A DNA stretch of 64,000 nt from Spirochaetia bacterium (lineage in GTDB: Bacteria; Spirochaetota; Spirochaetia; DSM-16054; Sediminispirochaetaceae). Position numbers and translations under genes: made by a program. The stretch spans positions 192,001 to 256,000 of the forward strand of contig JAXHMY010000002.1 in NCBI GenBank assembly GCA_034520965.1. The letters run 5' to 3'. Positions 9,952 to 20,407 of the stretch are shown here, in pieces (positions within the stretch are counted from its first letter, which is position 1; each line of letters starts with the position of its first letter). The notes beneath the pieces are model-generated. The model was given only the letters and a program-made list of their open reading frames with translations, was not told where the DNA came from and made no database searches.

Positions 9952-10308
9952 CTAGCCCAAATCCGGGCGCAGTTTCTCGGCCCCGTGCAGGTAGCAAGGA
10001 CGCAGAAGAACTCCCTCTTCAGTGTAGACTGTTAAAAGGACGCGAATAACTCGGGGCATCGAAGCCTCAATGTGCGGTTCCTGACAACAGAACAGCGGGG
10101 TTTTTGGATAACCCAGCTGCCTAAAGGCAGCCGCAGGGTTTAACTTTGTAAGATCCTGGGTAATGGAAAACTGAACCGAAACAATATGACGCTCTTCAAT
10201 ATAGTTTTCATCAAGTAAGGTCCGCATCATGCTTTGGGTTCCATTTTCAATAGCATTTGTAGTATTATCTTTTATCTGTACAGCTCCGCGTACCGCCTGT
10301 AGCTTCAT
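9952..10308 (-). CDS. aroH: Chorismate mutase, AroH class
   Basis: AVRGA, NPAAAFR, CCQE, PRVIRVL, YLHGAEKLRPDL. Confidence 0.92.
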   Translation of the reverse strand: MKLQAVRGAVQIKDNTTNAIENGTQSMMRTLLDENYIEERHIVSVQFSITQDLTKLNPAAAFRQLGYPKTPLFCCQEPHIEASMPRVIRVLLTVYTEEGVLLRPCYLHGAEKLRPDLG

Positions 10309-10366
10309 AATTCTCGCTCCTCCTTGCCTATTTTAATGGGTCTTCTTTAAACCAGTCTACATTTGT

Positions 10367-10702
10367 CTACAGCCATGAGAGCACCACGTTCAGGAAAAAT
10401 AAAAAACTGCTCCCGTAGAGAAACCCGATACCGGACCAGACTAATCCGCTCCATGGAATACGTCTTCTCTCCTTAGTAGTTTTATGTTTCACCTTCTCAA
10501 TTAAAAAAAATGCTATATAATACACATCAGCAATCAAAAAACAGAAAAGCGCCCATTCCAACAGATGCAATAGAAATTTATTGGTGCTTTCTAAAAATGC
10601 CTGATTATTGCCCACTACAAACAGCATCCCCACAACAATAGTGCATAAGAAAAGATACAGGGCAAATAATCCGGAAATTGTTCGTAAGCGCCAATTCTTC
10701 AT
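10367..10702 (-). CDS. Hypothetical membrane protein (3 predicted TM segments)
   Basis: 111-aa hydrophobic ORF preceded by an ATGACA-N17-TACTAT promoter-like sequence. Confidence 0.75.
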   Translation of the reverse strand: MKNWRLRTISGLFALYLFLCTIVVGMLFVVGNNQAFLESTNKFLLHLLEWALFCFLIADVYYIAFFLIEKVKHKTTKERRRIPWSGLVWSGIGFLYGSSFLFFLNVVLSWL

Positions 10703-10741
10703 ATACGCTTATAGTAACAGCAACGGAGTCATTTGTCATAG

Positions 10742-10852
10742 CAGCAATTCTAAAATTTTCAATTTTAGAATGCTCACAATTTGTTTAAGGGATATATATT
10801 ATCTTAAAGTTTTTGAAGTGCTTTTCTTGTAACATTCGCTACTATGCTTGCC
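10742..10852. mobile_element. Degenerate, inverted member of the palindromic MITE family, copy D (right boundary uncertain)
   Basis: Starts CAGCAATTCT; hairpin ATTCTAAAATT-TTC-AATTTTAGAAT; following sequence resembles the reverse complement of the B/C spacer; possible imperfect TSD TTGTCATAG/TTTTCATAG. Confidence 0.5.
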
Positions 10853-10892
10853 TTTTCATAGGGTATCGTCTTACAATACAAAGCAAGTGACA

Positions 10893-11873
10893 ATGAATAC
10901 ACATATTTCCCAAACTGAACTACATACGGTTCTTACACAGAACCATCAAGAGTGGAAATCACTAATACAATCCCTCTGCCGACCACTCATCCCACTTTCT
11001 ACTGATACCGCGCCGCGGCTTTCCCACATTACCGGCATAAAGGCGGTAGTATTTGATATTTACGGTACCCTGCTTATCTCCGGCAGCGGAGAAGTAGGCA
11101 GCCTAACTGCTTATAAGAGTCTTGGACAACTGAATTTCTTCAACGCCTTTCAAGAGGCGGGAATCAATTCATCCCTTTCTCCAGAGGTTTTCAATGGTGT
11201 ATGTTCAAGATTTTTTGAAGAGGCTATCCAGACTCGGCACAGAGAGCTAAAAGCTCAGGGGATCAATTACCCTGAAGTGAATATTCTCGAAATTTGGCAA
11301 ACGGTGGGTGAAACCCTTTTTCACGATAAGATTATTTCTCACTCCCTCTCAGCATATAATATCATCTTAATAGCATTGGAATATGAGCTATCGGCCAATC
11401 CGACTTGGCCAATGCCCAATGCCTGTGAGACTCTGGCAACACTATTCAGGCATAACTACGTAATGGGAATTGTCTCGAACGCCCAATTTTATACTCCCCT
11501 CATACTTGATTCTGTTTTTGAACCGTCCTTAACAGCCCTTGGGATAATGGAAGAAGCCAGAGTATGGTCGTATAAGCTAGGCTACGCCAAACCCTCCACC
11601 CGGCTGTTCGCATCCTTGCTTGACTACTTTGAACGTCAATGGAGCATACAGCCGTCGGAAGTACTGTACGTCGGTAACGATATGCTGAATGATATCTACA
11701 CCGCAGCAGCGGTTGGCTGCAGAACAGCCTTATTTGCCGGAGATCAAAGATCGCTGCGTGTACGAAGAGAAAATTCTCTTGTACAATCAATGCAGCCTGA
11801 CGCTATAATTACAGATATGGCGCAACTGTTGCAGATTCTTGGTTTGAGTATTAAAAGGAGTAGTCTCCAATGA
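10893..11873 (+). CDS. HAD-superfamily hydrolase
   Basis: FDIYGTL, IVSNAQ, AKPS, YVGNDMLNDI motifs; ATG at 10893 preferred over TTG at 10848. Confidence 0.88.
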   Translation: MNTHISQTELHTVLTQNHQEWKSLIQSLCRPLIPLSTDTAPRLSHITGIKAVVFDIYGTLLISGSGEVGSLTAYKSLGQLNFFNAFQEAGINSSLSPEVFNGVCSRFFEEAIQTRHRELKAQGINYPEVNILEIWQTVGETLFHDKIISHSLSAYNIILIALEYELSANPTWPMPNACETLATLFRHNYVMGIVSNAQFYTPLILDSVFEPSLTALGIMEEARVWSYKLGYAKPSTRLFASLLDYFERQWSIQPSEVLYVGNDMLNDIYTAAAVGCRTALFAGDQRSLRVRRENSLVQSMQPDAIITDMAQLLQILGLSIKRSSLQ

Positions 11874-12742
11874 AAGCAAAACTGTTTCTCTTTGTTATCC
11901 TATTAATTCTTGTTGGAGGAGCTGTCTTCTACTTTGGGTGGATACAGTTTCAGTTAGAAGAGCACACCTATGGGGTTGTCTTCTCAAAGACCAGCGGGTA
12001 TGAGGAGGAGGTCCTGCGTCCAGGTGAGTTCAACTGGCGTTGGCAGGCGTTGGTGCCTACCAATCTAACTCTCCATGCAATTGAAGTACTTCCCCGGTCA
12101 GTTGATTTAGAAAAGAGCGGCAGCTTGCCTTCCGGCAGAGTCTACGCCCAGGCAGTCGAAGTATCAACCGATTTTAAGTACAGACTCGTTCTTTCCCTTA
12201 CCTATTCTTTACGGCCCGAGCATCTGCCGCAACTGGTACAGGAAGAGGCCCTGACAGCCGACACTCTCGACGACTATTATCGGGAAGCAGAGCAGATAAT
12301 AAACTCACTAATCAGCAGTTATATTGAAAACCGAATCAGCAGTAACCAGGACGTATCCATAGATGACTTTAAGACCAGCGCTTTTGAAACTACACTCAAA
12401 GAAGAGCTGCGGGAAGAGTTTTCGCATTTTGAGATAAAAAACGTGGCCCTGACTCAGTTGGAAATTCCGGATATCGACCTCTACCAGGCTGCACGTTCCT
12501 ATTATTTCGATATTCTTCAGACGCGTCGCGAGACGGAAACCGCGACACTTACGCAGGAGCGCGAGTGGATAGTCAGTCAGGAATCGAAACTTGAGGTCCT
12601 GAAAAAATACGGAGAACTATTTACCGAGTATCCGGGACTTATTCAATACATGGCTCTGCGAGAAAACCGTAATCTTCAACAGCTTTTACCTGAAATAAAT
12701 CTAATTCAATCTTCAGAAAATAACGGTTCAGCTGAAGAATAG
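11870..12742 (+). CDS. Membrane-anchored SPFH/band-7-like protein
   Basis: N-terminal TM, GVVFSKTSG..VLRPG.F.W pattern, helical C-terminus; ATGA overlap with the HAD gene. Confidence 0.65.
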   Translation: MKAKLFLFVILLILVGGAVFYFGWIQFQLEEHTYGVVFSKTSGYEEEVLRPGEFNWRWQALVPTNLTLHAIEVLPRSVDLEKSGSLPSGRVYAQAVEVSTDFKYRLVLSLTYSLRPEHLPQLVQEEALTADTLDDYYREAEQIINSLISSYIENRISSNQDVSIDDFKTSAFETTLKEELREEFSHFEIKNVALTQLEIPDIDLYQAARSYYFDILQTRRETETATLTQEREWIVSQESKLEVLKKYGELFTEYPGLIQYMALRENRNLQQLLPEINLIQSSENNGSAEE

Positions 12743-12755
12743 GAGTCTGAATAGC

Positions 12756-13250
12756 TTGAGTGAATATTTTTTTAATTTCGAGAAAATGGCCTATCTGAAG
12801 ACCCCTAAACCCGAAGGATGTATTATATGCCTTATAATTGAAAAGTCGGATAAAGTGCACGATCTAACTGTATGGGAAAATGATAATTTTATGGTTATGG
12901 TAAACCTCTATCCTTACAATCCCGGGCATTTACTTGTTGCACCCAAACGCCATATCACTGATATACGAGCACTCAATCCTTCAGAAGAACTGCAGCTGCA
13001 CGCCCTTCAGCGCCGTTTTTTAACTCTCCTCGACCGACTCTATTCTCCCAGCGCCTATAATATCGGTTTCAATATGGGCCTGCCCGCCGGAGCCAGTATT
13101 GAACATCTGCATTTGCATATAATTCCTCGATACCCGCGTGAAACCGGTATAGCCGATCTTATTGCAGGCAAACGAGTCCTGGTGGAAAGCCCCATAGAGA
13201 CAATGAACAGAATTAAAGAGTTACTTCGTCAAAACCAGTTTCATCTCTGA
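12756..13250 (+). CDS. HIT family nucleotide hydrolase/phosphorylase
   Basis: CIIC, NLYPYNPGHLL, GASIEHLHLHIIPR histidine triad. Confidence 0.92.
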   Translation: MSEYFFNFEKMAYLKTPKPEGCIICLIIEKSDKVHDLTVWENDNFMVMVNLYPYNPGHLLVAPKRHITDIRALNPSEELQLHALQRRFLTLLDRLYSPSAYNIGFNMGLPAGASIEHLHLHIIPRYPRETGIADLIAGKRVLVESPIETMNRIKELLRQNQFHL

Positions 13251-15153
13251 TCTGTTCAAGCTGGTTTAAGATTACTTCTAAAAGAAAAATTCTTTCGTTA
13301 TTCTGTTTTAATACTTCTTCGAGGGCAATCGCCTGCCCTTGAATTAGATAGCGCTTTTCCATGCTTGCCTGAATCTTTGGTTCTCTGTTCTGAAGAAAAT
13401 CTTGAAACAGCAATCGGATTCCTCTGGCAGCCTCACGCCCTCGGCTTAAAATTTCTGCAGCCTCGCGATCTTTTTTTATCACTATTGACTGATACATACG
13501 CTGTTGAATAGGTTCGAGGGAAGTCTCAAACCTCAGCTTTTGAAATTTTTTACCTTCATCCTGCTCAGGAGATAACGAGTCGTCAAGTTCGTTTATCTTA
13601 TATAGCACATCTTCGCAGGTTGAGGAGTGCTTTAACAGCCGTTCCCGGGTAATGCGGTCCTGTTCGGTAATCAATCCATCTAAGAGCTGAAGTACCTTCT
13701 GTATATTTCCGCGATAAAAAGTGGTTAGAAAGTTAAACATTACCAATAATGCCTGATAGTACCGGAAGGGTGAGATGCCCAGCTTTTCATATTCAATTGA
13801 AGAATAGGTTCGATAAAAATGAAGTGCCCGCATTTTCACAGCATGAAACAACTCCCCCCGTTCCTGGGCAAGCGCCTCTCTGCGCACCTCAGAAAGTTTC
13901 TCATCAATATCACCGCGAATCGTCAGTTTTTTCATTGTTTTGTAAAAGCCTTTTGCATCAATGCTGGGGATATACACCAGCAGTCGGTAATAGGGGTCTT
14001 CTTTTATGGCTCTTACCACCTGCGGGAGCGGAACGGTTTTTAGAAACTTCTTAGCATGTTCTACCACTCTCTCAAAGTCACCAATAAATTTTTGAGCATC
14101 CGTATCAACGCTTTCTGTTGTATCAGCTCTGCTTTCTTTCGGCCGGCTTTGCTCCTGCTGATGTCGGTCTTCAACCTTGTTTTCCTCGTCCTCCTCTGCG
14201 GTAAGGGTCTCAGTTTCATCTTCTGCCCCCGGTACAGCATCGGAGTCATTCGATGAATGAGAGGCGGGAAACAAGGTCGCAAAGATATCCTCAACCACCT
14301 CTACATTAAAATTCCGGGTCATTTTAGTTTGGTCGGCGCTATATAGCGCATAATAAAGCTCTTCGATCTCATCTAAAACAGGAAGGGCGGCGGTCTTTTG
14401 AAAGAGGGGTTGATATTCCGGATCGTCAGAACGAATCGTCCCATGAAACATTCCAAAAAAACGGGAGTATGGAAACAGAATTAAGTCACGCAAGTAATAC
14501 AAGGGGGTAAGTATCTCTTCTATTCGTCTAAAATGTAGTGTATCGATACCTTCAATATATGACTCAAGTCGGGAATTGGTTTCCTTTATAATAGAGTCCC
14601 GACTGCCGCTGCTGCGGTACAGATTTACCATTTCCTCTAATGGAACTAGATCAAAACAGCTGTTCACCGTTACACCAATCTGCTTTTCAATAAGATTAAA
14701 TACAAGTTGATGCAGATTGCCAAACTCACTGTCGTCCTTCCACAGTTTTTCAAATAAGTTTCGCAATGGAATTGTAGCCACAAATAGTTCGAATACTTTC
14801 TCTGCTAAATGAGGTCTAAATGTACGAGTTTCGAAGTTTACTATTCCAGGGGCTTTTTGTCGAACCGCATGCCGCAACCTTTTAAGCTTGTATTCGAGTA
14901 CCACCTGTTCAATAGATTTTCCGCTGAATATTCTTCGTATCAGCAAAAACAGATACCGGAAGGGAGACATTTTTCTTATTTCCTGACGCAGTCGGATTTT
15001 AATTTCATCCTGACTGGTATCGACACGGTCCAACTTGTTCTGTTCGTCCGCTTCATCATGCAGACTCGTATGAATTTGTTTTAAGAACTGTTTACGCTCT
15101 TTTTCAGTAAGTGAGCGAGCAAGCTTTTCCATTACCCAGTTTTTCTGTTCCAT
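13213..15153 (-). CDS. Conserved helical hypothetical protein (spirochaete DUF5312-like)
   Basis: 646-aa ORF, N-terminal LARSLTEKERKQFL pattern; family call from recall only. Confidence 0.7.
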   Translation of the reverse strand: MEQKNWVMEKLARSLTEKERKQFLKQIHTSLHDEADEQNKLDRVDTSQDEIKIRLRQEIRKMSPFRYLFLLIRRIFSGKSIEQVVLEYKLKRLRHAVRQKAPGIVNFETRTFRPHLAEKVFELFVATIPLRNLFEKLWKDDSEFGNLHQLVFNLIEKQIGVTVNSCFDLVPLEEMVNLYRSSGSRDSIIKETNSRLESYIEGIDTLHFRRIEEILTPLYYLRDLILFPYSRFFGMFHGTIRSDDPEYQPLFQKTAALPVLDEIEELYYALYSADQTKMTRNFNVEVVEDIFATLFPASHSSNDSDAVPGAEDETETLTAEEDEENKVEDRHQQEQSRPKESRADTTESVDTDAQKFIGDFERVVEHAKKFLKTVPLPQVVRAIKEDPYYRLLVYIPSIDAKGFYKTMKKLTIRGDIDEKLSEVRREALAQERGELFHAVKMRALHFYRTYSSIEYEKLGISPFRYYQALLVMFNFLTTFYRGNIQKVLQLLDGLITEQDRITRERLLKHSSTCEDVLYKINELDDSLSPEQDEGKKFQKLRFETSLEPIQQRMYQSIVIKKDREAAEILSRGREAARGIRLLFQDFLQNREPKIQASMEKRYLIQGQAIALEEVLKQNNERIFLLEVILNQLEQIRDETGFDEVTL

Positions 15154-15194
15154 TCTTTTTTGTTTTCCTATTCGTGGGCTTATAATTCCCCGGC

Positions 15195-15812
15195 TTACAG
15201 GGGGTAGATAAACAGCAGTCGGCCGGATTTTGGTACAATAGTTACTTCTTCAGAGTTCACCACATTACTGATACCAACACTCCCCCGTTGCCACTCCAGA
15301 TGATCAAGTGGCCATTTAAGGCCGCTGCTCCTCATTCTGCATACCTCGGTACCTGCGGGAAACAAAGAGACTGTTTTGCCTCTTAAATTCCGAAACGATT
15401 TCGATCGATCAATAGAAATCACCCCTTCATTTCGAGTGTACCACTCATCCGGCCGAATTTCTCGATCAAAAAGTGCAACTATACCTAAAAGATGGTCTAA
15501 TCTTCCTCCACCGCCCCCAATCATGGTTACGAAGTCGACGCCCCGTTCCTTGAGAAACTGAAGCCCCAGTTCCGTATCGGTCTCGTCCTTTTCGGTCGAG
15601 GCAATTAAAAGCTTTTCTGCGGGCAATTCAGTTAGAGCATGTCTATACCGTGTTGAATCCATGTCACCAACAATATAGTCAAAATCCAAACCATTCTCCC
15701 ATAAAAAATCAAACCCTGAGTCGGCGGCCACTACTAAAGCAGCATCTCTTAAGTGCTGTTCTGCTATATGTGCTGGGGGATGCTCACCACCTAGTACAAG
15801 TACTCCCTTCAT
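15195..15812 (-). CDS. thiN: Thiamine diphosphokinase
   Basis: AADSG, GDMDS, KDETDTE, GGRLDH, GLKWPL, GISN. Confidence 0.93.
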   Translation of the reverse strand: MKGVLVLGGEHPPAHIAEQHLRDAALVVAADSGFDFLWENGLDFDYIVGDMDSTRYRHALTELPAEKLLIASTEKDETDTELGLQFLKERGVDFVTMIGGGGGRLDHLLGIVALFDREIRPDEWYTRNEGVISIDRSKSFRNLRGKTVSLFPAGTEVCRMRSSGLKWPLDHLEWQRGSVGISNVVNSEEVTIVPKSGRLLFIYPL

Positions 15813-15937
15813 GAGGCCTTCCTTCAGTCTTCTGCATCTTTGTTGCAGGTTGTATTCGTTATTATTTTAGTGTATAAAATGCTTACAATCAAACTACAAA
15901 TTATCTAATATTTGTGCAATTTGAAAGGAGTAAGCCT

Positions 15938-17272
15938 ATGAGTTCTTTAGAAGATAAGTTTTCCAAAGTAGGAATGATAGTTCCTCACATTTTAATGCCC
16001 CGAAAGGATGTCGACCTGCACAAGTGGGCTGTGGTGGCCTGCGACCAGTACACATCTGAACCTGAATATTGGAGTTCAGTAGCCCAGGAAGTCGGATCCG
16101 CCCCCTCTACCCTAAACCTCATTTTCCCCGAGGTATACTTAGAAGATGATGATAAAGATCAGCGCATAGAACGTATCAATGCTGCAATGGAAGAGTATCT
16201 TGCGCAGGGAGTTTTAGAAGACCAAGGTCAAGCCTTTTTTCTGGTGCAGCGCCACACACCTGACGCCTCTCCCCGTTGGGGTCTTATGGCAGCGCTGGAT
16301 CTAGAACAATACGATTTTTCAAAAGATTCGACCAGTTTAATACGAGCTACAGAAGGTACAATCCTGGATAGAATTCCTCCAAGAAAACAAATTCGTAAAA
16401 ATGCCTCAATTGAACTTCCACATATTATGGTTTTGATTGACGACCCTGAAAAAACTGTAATAGAACCTTGTGCCGCCGACACTGGTTCTTTTGAGAAGGT
16501 GTATGACTTTGATTTGATGAAAAACGGTGGTCATATCACCGGATACAAGATATTGGATGAAAGCAGTCTCCAGCGAATTGCCGATGCCCTGCACAAATTG
16601 GCCAACCCAGAGGCCTTCTCAAAAAAATACGGAGCCGAAGATGTATTGCTGTTTGCGATGGGCGATGGGAATCACTCCTTAGCAACAGCTAAAGCTGTAT
16701 GGGAAGACATAAAGCAGAAAAACTCCGACAATAAAGATGTAATGCAGCATCCCGCCCGCTGGGCATTGGTAGAGATTGAGAACATTTACGATGACGGGCT
16801 GGTATTTGAACCAATTCACCGTGTATTATTTAATTCCGATTTCAACCAATTTTCCAGTGAGTTGGAAAAAATAGGATCAGTCGAGTTCACTGGGCTCTCC
16901 TCCACCGACGAGGTGATGAAACGTGTTGCCTCCGATGATACTCAGCACATAATCGGGTACGTCGATGCTGAACGGACAGGCGTATTCACAGTAAAGAACC
17001 CTAATTCTACTATCGCCGCAGGAACAGCCCAGGAAGCGATCGATGCATTGGTCCAGCTGGAGTCTACCAGCGTAGATTACATACACGGACAGGGTTCAAC
17101 TGAGACATTGGGTCGCAAGAGGGGAAGTATTGGGTTGTTTCTCCCTGCGCTTGATAAATCAGATTTTTTCCGCACGGTAATTCATGATGGAGCCCTTCCC
17201 AGGAAGACTTTCTCAATGGGAGAAGCACACGAAAAGCGTTACTACGTGGAATCTCGAAAAATAAAAGAATAG
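15938..17272 (+). CDS. DUF1015 family protein
   Basis: WAVVACDQYTS, IRATEGT, MGDGNHSLATAK, PIHR, LPRKTFSMG; SD AAGGAG before ATG 15938. Confidence 0.88.
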   Translation: MSSLEDKFSKVGMIVPHILMPRKDVDLHKWAVVACDQYTSEPEYWSSVAQEVGSAPSTLNLIFPEVYLEDDDKDQRIERINAAMEEYLAQGVLEDQGQAFFLVQRHTPDASPRWGLMAALDLEQYDFSKDSTSLIRATEGTILDRIPPRKQIRKNASIELPHIMVLIDDPEKTVIEPCAADTGSFEKVYDFDLMKNGGHITGYKILDESSLQRIADALHKLANPEAFSKKYGAEDVLLFAMGDGNHSLATAKAVWEDIKQKNSDNKDVMQHPARWALVEIENIYDDGLVFEPIHRVLFNSDFNQFSSELEKIGSVEFTGLSSTDEVMKRVASDDTQHIIGYVDAERTGVFTVKNPNSTIAAGTAQEAIDALVQLESTSVDYIHGQGSTETLGRKRGSIGLFLPALDKSDFFRTVIHDGALPRKTFSMGEAHEKRYYVESRKIKE

Positions 17273-17308
17273 CAAAATGGGCTGGTCGATCCCAAGTACG
17301 GCCGGCCC

Positions 17309-17749
17309 TCACTTTATTTTTCCGGAATAGTCCCGCGTGCGATAGCGAAAGAATACATAGGCTATTCCACCAGTAAACAGGGCTATTATACGAAAGACAT
17401 TCTGATCTACTCTGGTACGCGTGTATGGTTTGACCAATTCTCCTACCACATAATAATCTTGTTTCAAATGCATCCCGTCAATTTGTAAGTGCTGCTCATC
17501 CGGTTTATAATATCCCAGCTTACGAGCGTAAAGAGCAACCTTCTCGGAGCTATATTGAAGACTTTCGGCTTCTCTACTAAGCGAAGTTTTATTCTCCTCG
17601 AGAGCTTTTAGATTCTCCTCCAAGCGCTCTTTATAGAGTGACAATTCCTTATACTCAAGCACGCCCTCGTCGCCCCACACGTATAATTCAAGTCCATAAG
17701 TCATAAAAGCAATGTATGCTGCAATAATCAAAGCGAGTCCTCTTTTCAT
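17309..17749 (-). CDS. Septum formation initiator (FtsB/DivIC-like)
   Basis: TM, G.EG, coiled coil, ARKLGY.KPDE; extra C-terminal TM. Confidence 0.75.
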   Translation of the reverse strand: MKRGLALIIAAYIAFMTYGLELYVWGDEGVLEYKELSLYKERLEENLKALEENKTSLSREAESLQYSSEKVALYARKLGYYKPDEQHLQIDGMHLKQDYYVVGELVKPYTRTRVDQNVFRIIALFTGGIAYVFFRYRTRDYSGKIK

Positions 17750-17856
17750 AGTATGGTTAACGGCGTATCTTCCATTTTTCTTGAGTAAGAGTTACGGCAT
17801 TAATAAAGCTTGTTATTTACATATCTTTTTGATACTCTTATTATAGAAGAAGAGGT

Positions 17857-17883
17857 TAAAACACCAAGGTTCTTTACCGATAA
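17857..17883 (+). promoter_or_regulatory. Predicted sigma28 (FliA) promoter
   Basis: TAAA-N15-ACCGATAA versus consensus TAAA-N15-GCCGATAA, 34 nt before ATG 17918. Confidence 0.6.
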
Positions 17884-17917
17884 TTAACTATCGTGATGTT
17901 GAGTGTAGGAGAGCAAT

Positions 17918-20386
17918 ATGGCCTTTGACGACGTATTTCAGGAAGAGAACAAGCAAAACGGAACCGACGAACAAGAGCTGGAGCAATACGGCGTCTGGGT
18001 AAAAGTAGGTCCTGAAGAAATTTCTGCTGATGATGAAGGTACTATCAAGGATGAATACGAGCTTCACGATCTTGAATCACAGGAAAAGAGTGAACTAACC
18101 GATGAGGAAGAACAACTTCTAAGCGAACTTGAGCAGCAGCCTGACGAGAAATCAGGAATAGAAACCAATCTTGAAGATATAGATTTCGACAACGATTTAG
18201 ATGACTTAGATTCTGATTTAGAGGATCTTAATTTTGGAGTTGAAGATGACACCGCAGAGCACTCGGCAGAAGCTGTTGAAGAACTGTCCACTGAAACATC
18301 CCCTTCCGAAGTAGATTTTAATACCGAAGACATTGATGACATCGAAGACATTGATGACATCGAAGATATTGATATTGAAAGTATTGATGAACTTCCCGAT
18401 TTACCGGAGGAAGAGACTGCTACCGATCTCTCAGATTCTATAGAAGAGAGTCAAGAGCCTGATGCTGAAACTAGTGCAACATCAGATACGTCAGTAGACG
18501 AGGATGAACTAGACATTGACGAAGATCTATTACTTGACCCTGAAGACCTCGATGAGCTTGACGACCTGGATGTTGATAGTTTACTCGAAGAAGACCTTTC
18601 AGAATTAAACTCCTCTGAAGCGAGCCCTTCTGAAACGAAAGAGACACCTGAAGAGGTAGAGAGTCCCGCACAGAGCTCCGAGCATGAAGAAACTCCGCTT
18701 ATTGAACAAGAAATTGAAGATATCGACCTACATGACCTTGAACAATCTGATTATGGCGAAAATCTACAGGAGCTGGATCAGATTCAAGACTCAACAGCTA
18801 CCGATGATTTAGAGATGGATGAATTCGATGACCTGAAAGCTTTAGAAGATGATCTGAGTATAGTTTCAGAAGATACGGAAGAAGCTGCAGCGCCCGAGAC
18901 CGGCCCTAAAGATAATGAACCTGCAGATAATGAACCTGAGGAGAGCACGTCTGAAAAGACCACTCCGGAGGGTAACGGGTCAACTCAGATTCTATCAAAG
19001 ATCGAAGATGAGCTGCTTTCCATCAAGGAAGAACTATCATCCCTTAAAAGTGAGCTCTCTTCGCTCCGCTCAAAAGAAACTTTCTCTCCTGAGAGCTCGG
19101 AGTCGGAGGAAATGTCCGCCCAGGAGGAACGTGAACGTCGAGAGGCTGCAGGTTTCTTCGAAGATGATGAAGATGAAACCATTGCTCTCACCGGTGATGA
19201 GCTCGACAATATTCTCAATACCGCCGACATTACTGAAGAAAACGGAACGGCGGAAAACCTTCCCGATGATTACAGTGAAGACATCTCAAAGGATGAAGAT
19301 ACCGAAAAAGATAAAGGTACCGAGACATCAGACCTGCTCGAGGATTTTGAAGTTCCTGAAGAAGACTTTGATGAATTAGAAGAATTTGATGAGAATGAGG
19401 AACCTGAAGAACTCGATTTTGAAGAGTTGCCTGATATATCCGATATCCAAGAACTGGATGAAGAGGGTACACTTCCTGAACCGCTTACCGATGACGATGA
19501 AAAATTATTGTTGGATAAGGAGGATATCCTTAGCGAACAGGCGGAATCCGGCCCTGAAGAATTGGAATTTCTTGAAGCAGACGAGACGACCGGAGAGGTT
19601 GATGAAGAAGAAACAGAGATCCCTTCAACTGAGAGTACGGCACCGGAGGCTGAGAGCACCGCTCCTGCACAGGAAAGCTCTATCGACGAAGATGAAATTA
19701 TCGATATAAACCTTGATGAATTAGAAGACCTGGAAGACTCTCCTGCGGCAGAATACGAGGAAAGTACGGCTATATCTGAAGATGAAGATATTTTAGATGA
19801 AATAGAAATTGATATTCCCAGTGATGAGGAAAACGAAGAAGAATCCGCAGAAACTGCCACAGCAAGTGCCGGTACACCAGAAGAGGAATCGGAAGAGGAA
19901 ATTGAGGAATTAGACGCAGTGACCGCTGAAGCCGCAGACGAAGAGCAGGAAGATACGTGGAGTGAGCCTGAAGATGAACTAGATACTTTTGAAGAGTTAG
20001 AGCTCGATACGGAAGAGCCTTTAGAAACTGAAACTGAGGATATTCCGGATGAAGAGATTCTGTTTGATGAAGACGAAGTAGAAGAAGATATTCAGCCCTT
20101 AGAGATGGAGACAGCCGAAGATCAATCTGACCTGGACAGCCTGTTCGAGGCCGAACCTCCGGAGGAACCGGTATCTTATGGCGAGGACGAAGAGGGCAAT
20201 GAAAAAGCAGATGCCGGCAGTGTCGAGGCAATACCTGAAGGAATACGTACTGAAATTAAGTCGGTGCTCTCATATATGGACCAGTTATTGGAATCACTGC
20301 CTGAAGAAAAAATTCAGGAGTTTGCAAACTCCGACCATTTTGACGTCTATAAACGTTTGTTTGATGAATTAGGTTTAAGTTCTTAA
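17918..20386 (+). CDS. Very acidic, largely low-complexity 822-aa hypothetical protein
   Basis: SD AGGAG; D/E-rich throughout; ordered-looking islands ELEQYGVWVK, a central coiled coil, DETIALTGDELDNILNTAD and C-terminal EIKSVLSYMDQLLESLPEEKIQEFA..YKRLFDELGL. Confidence 0.9.
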   Translation: MAFDDVFQEENKQNGTDEQELEQYGVWVKVGPEEISADDEGTIKDEYELHDLESQEKSELTDEEEQLLSELEQQPDEKSGIETNLEDIDFDNDLDDLDSDLEDLNFGVEDDTAEHSAEAVEELSTETSPSEVDFNTEDIDDIEDIDDIEDIDIESIDELPDLPEEETATDLSDSIEESQEPDAETSATSDTSVDEDELDIDEDLLLDPEDLDELDDLDVDSLLEEDLSELNSSEASPSETKETPEEVESPAQSSEHEETPLIEQEIEDIDLHDLEQSDYGENLQELDQIQDSTATDDLEMDEFDDLKALEDDLSIVSEDTEEAAAPETGPKDNEPADNEPEESTSEKTTPEGNGSTQILSKIEDELLSIKEELSSLKSELSSLRSKETFSPESSESEEMSAQEERERREAAGFFEDDEDETIALTGDELDNILNTADITEENGTAENLPDDYSEDISKDEDTEKDKGTETSDLLEDFEVPEEDFDELEEFDENEEPEELDFEELPDISDIQELDEEGTLPEPLTDDDEKLLLDKEDILSEQAESGPEELEFLEADETTGEVDEEETEIPSTESTAPEAESTAPAQESSIDEDEIIDINLDELEDLEDSPAAEYEESTAISEDEDILDEIEIDIPSDEENEEESAETATASAGTPEEESEEEIEELDAVTAEAADEEQEDTWSEPEDELDTFEELELDTEEPLETETEDIPDEEILFDEDEVEEDIQPLEMETAEDQSDLDSLFEAEPPEEPVSYGEDEEGNEKADAGSVEAIPEGIRTEIKSVLSYMDQLLESLPEEKIQEFANSDHFDVYKRLFDELGLSS
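18326..18373 (+). repeat. In-frame 18-bp tandem repeat (EDIDDI)
   Basis: GAAGACATTGATGACATC twice plus a partial third copy. Confidence 0.8.
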
Positions 20387-20407
20387 TTCAATACCGGAGA
20401 GGAAAGT

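Noticed and set aside
18064..20231. Ser-rich antisense ORFs (e.g. 19270-19860)
   Set aside because: Shadow frames produced by the GAA/GAT codons of the acidic protein.
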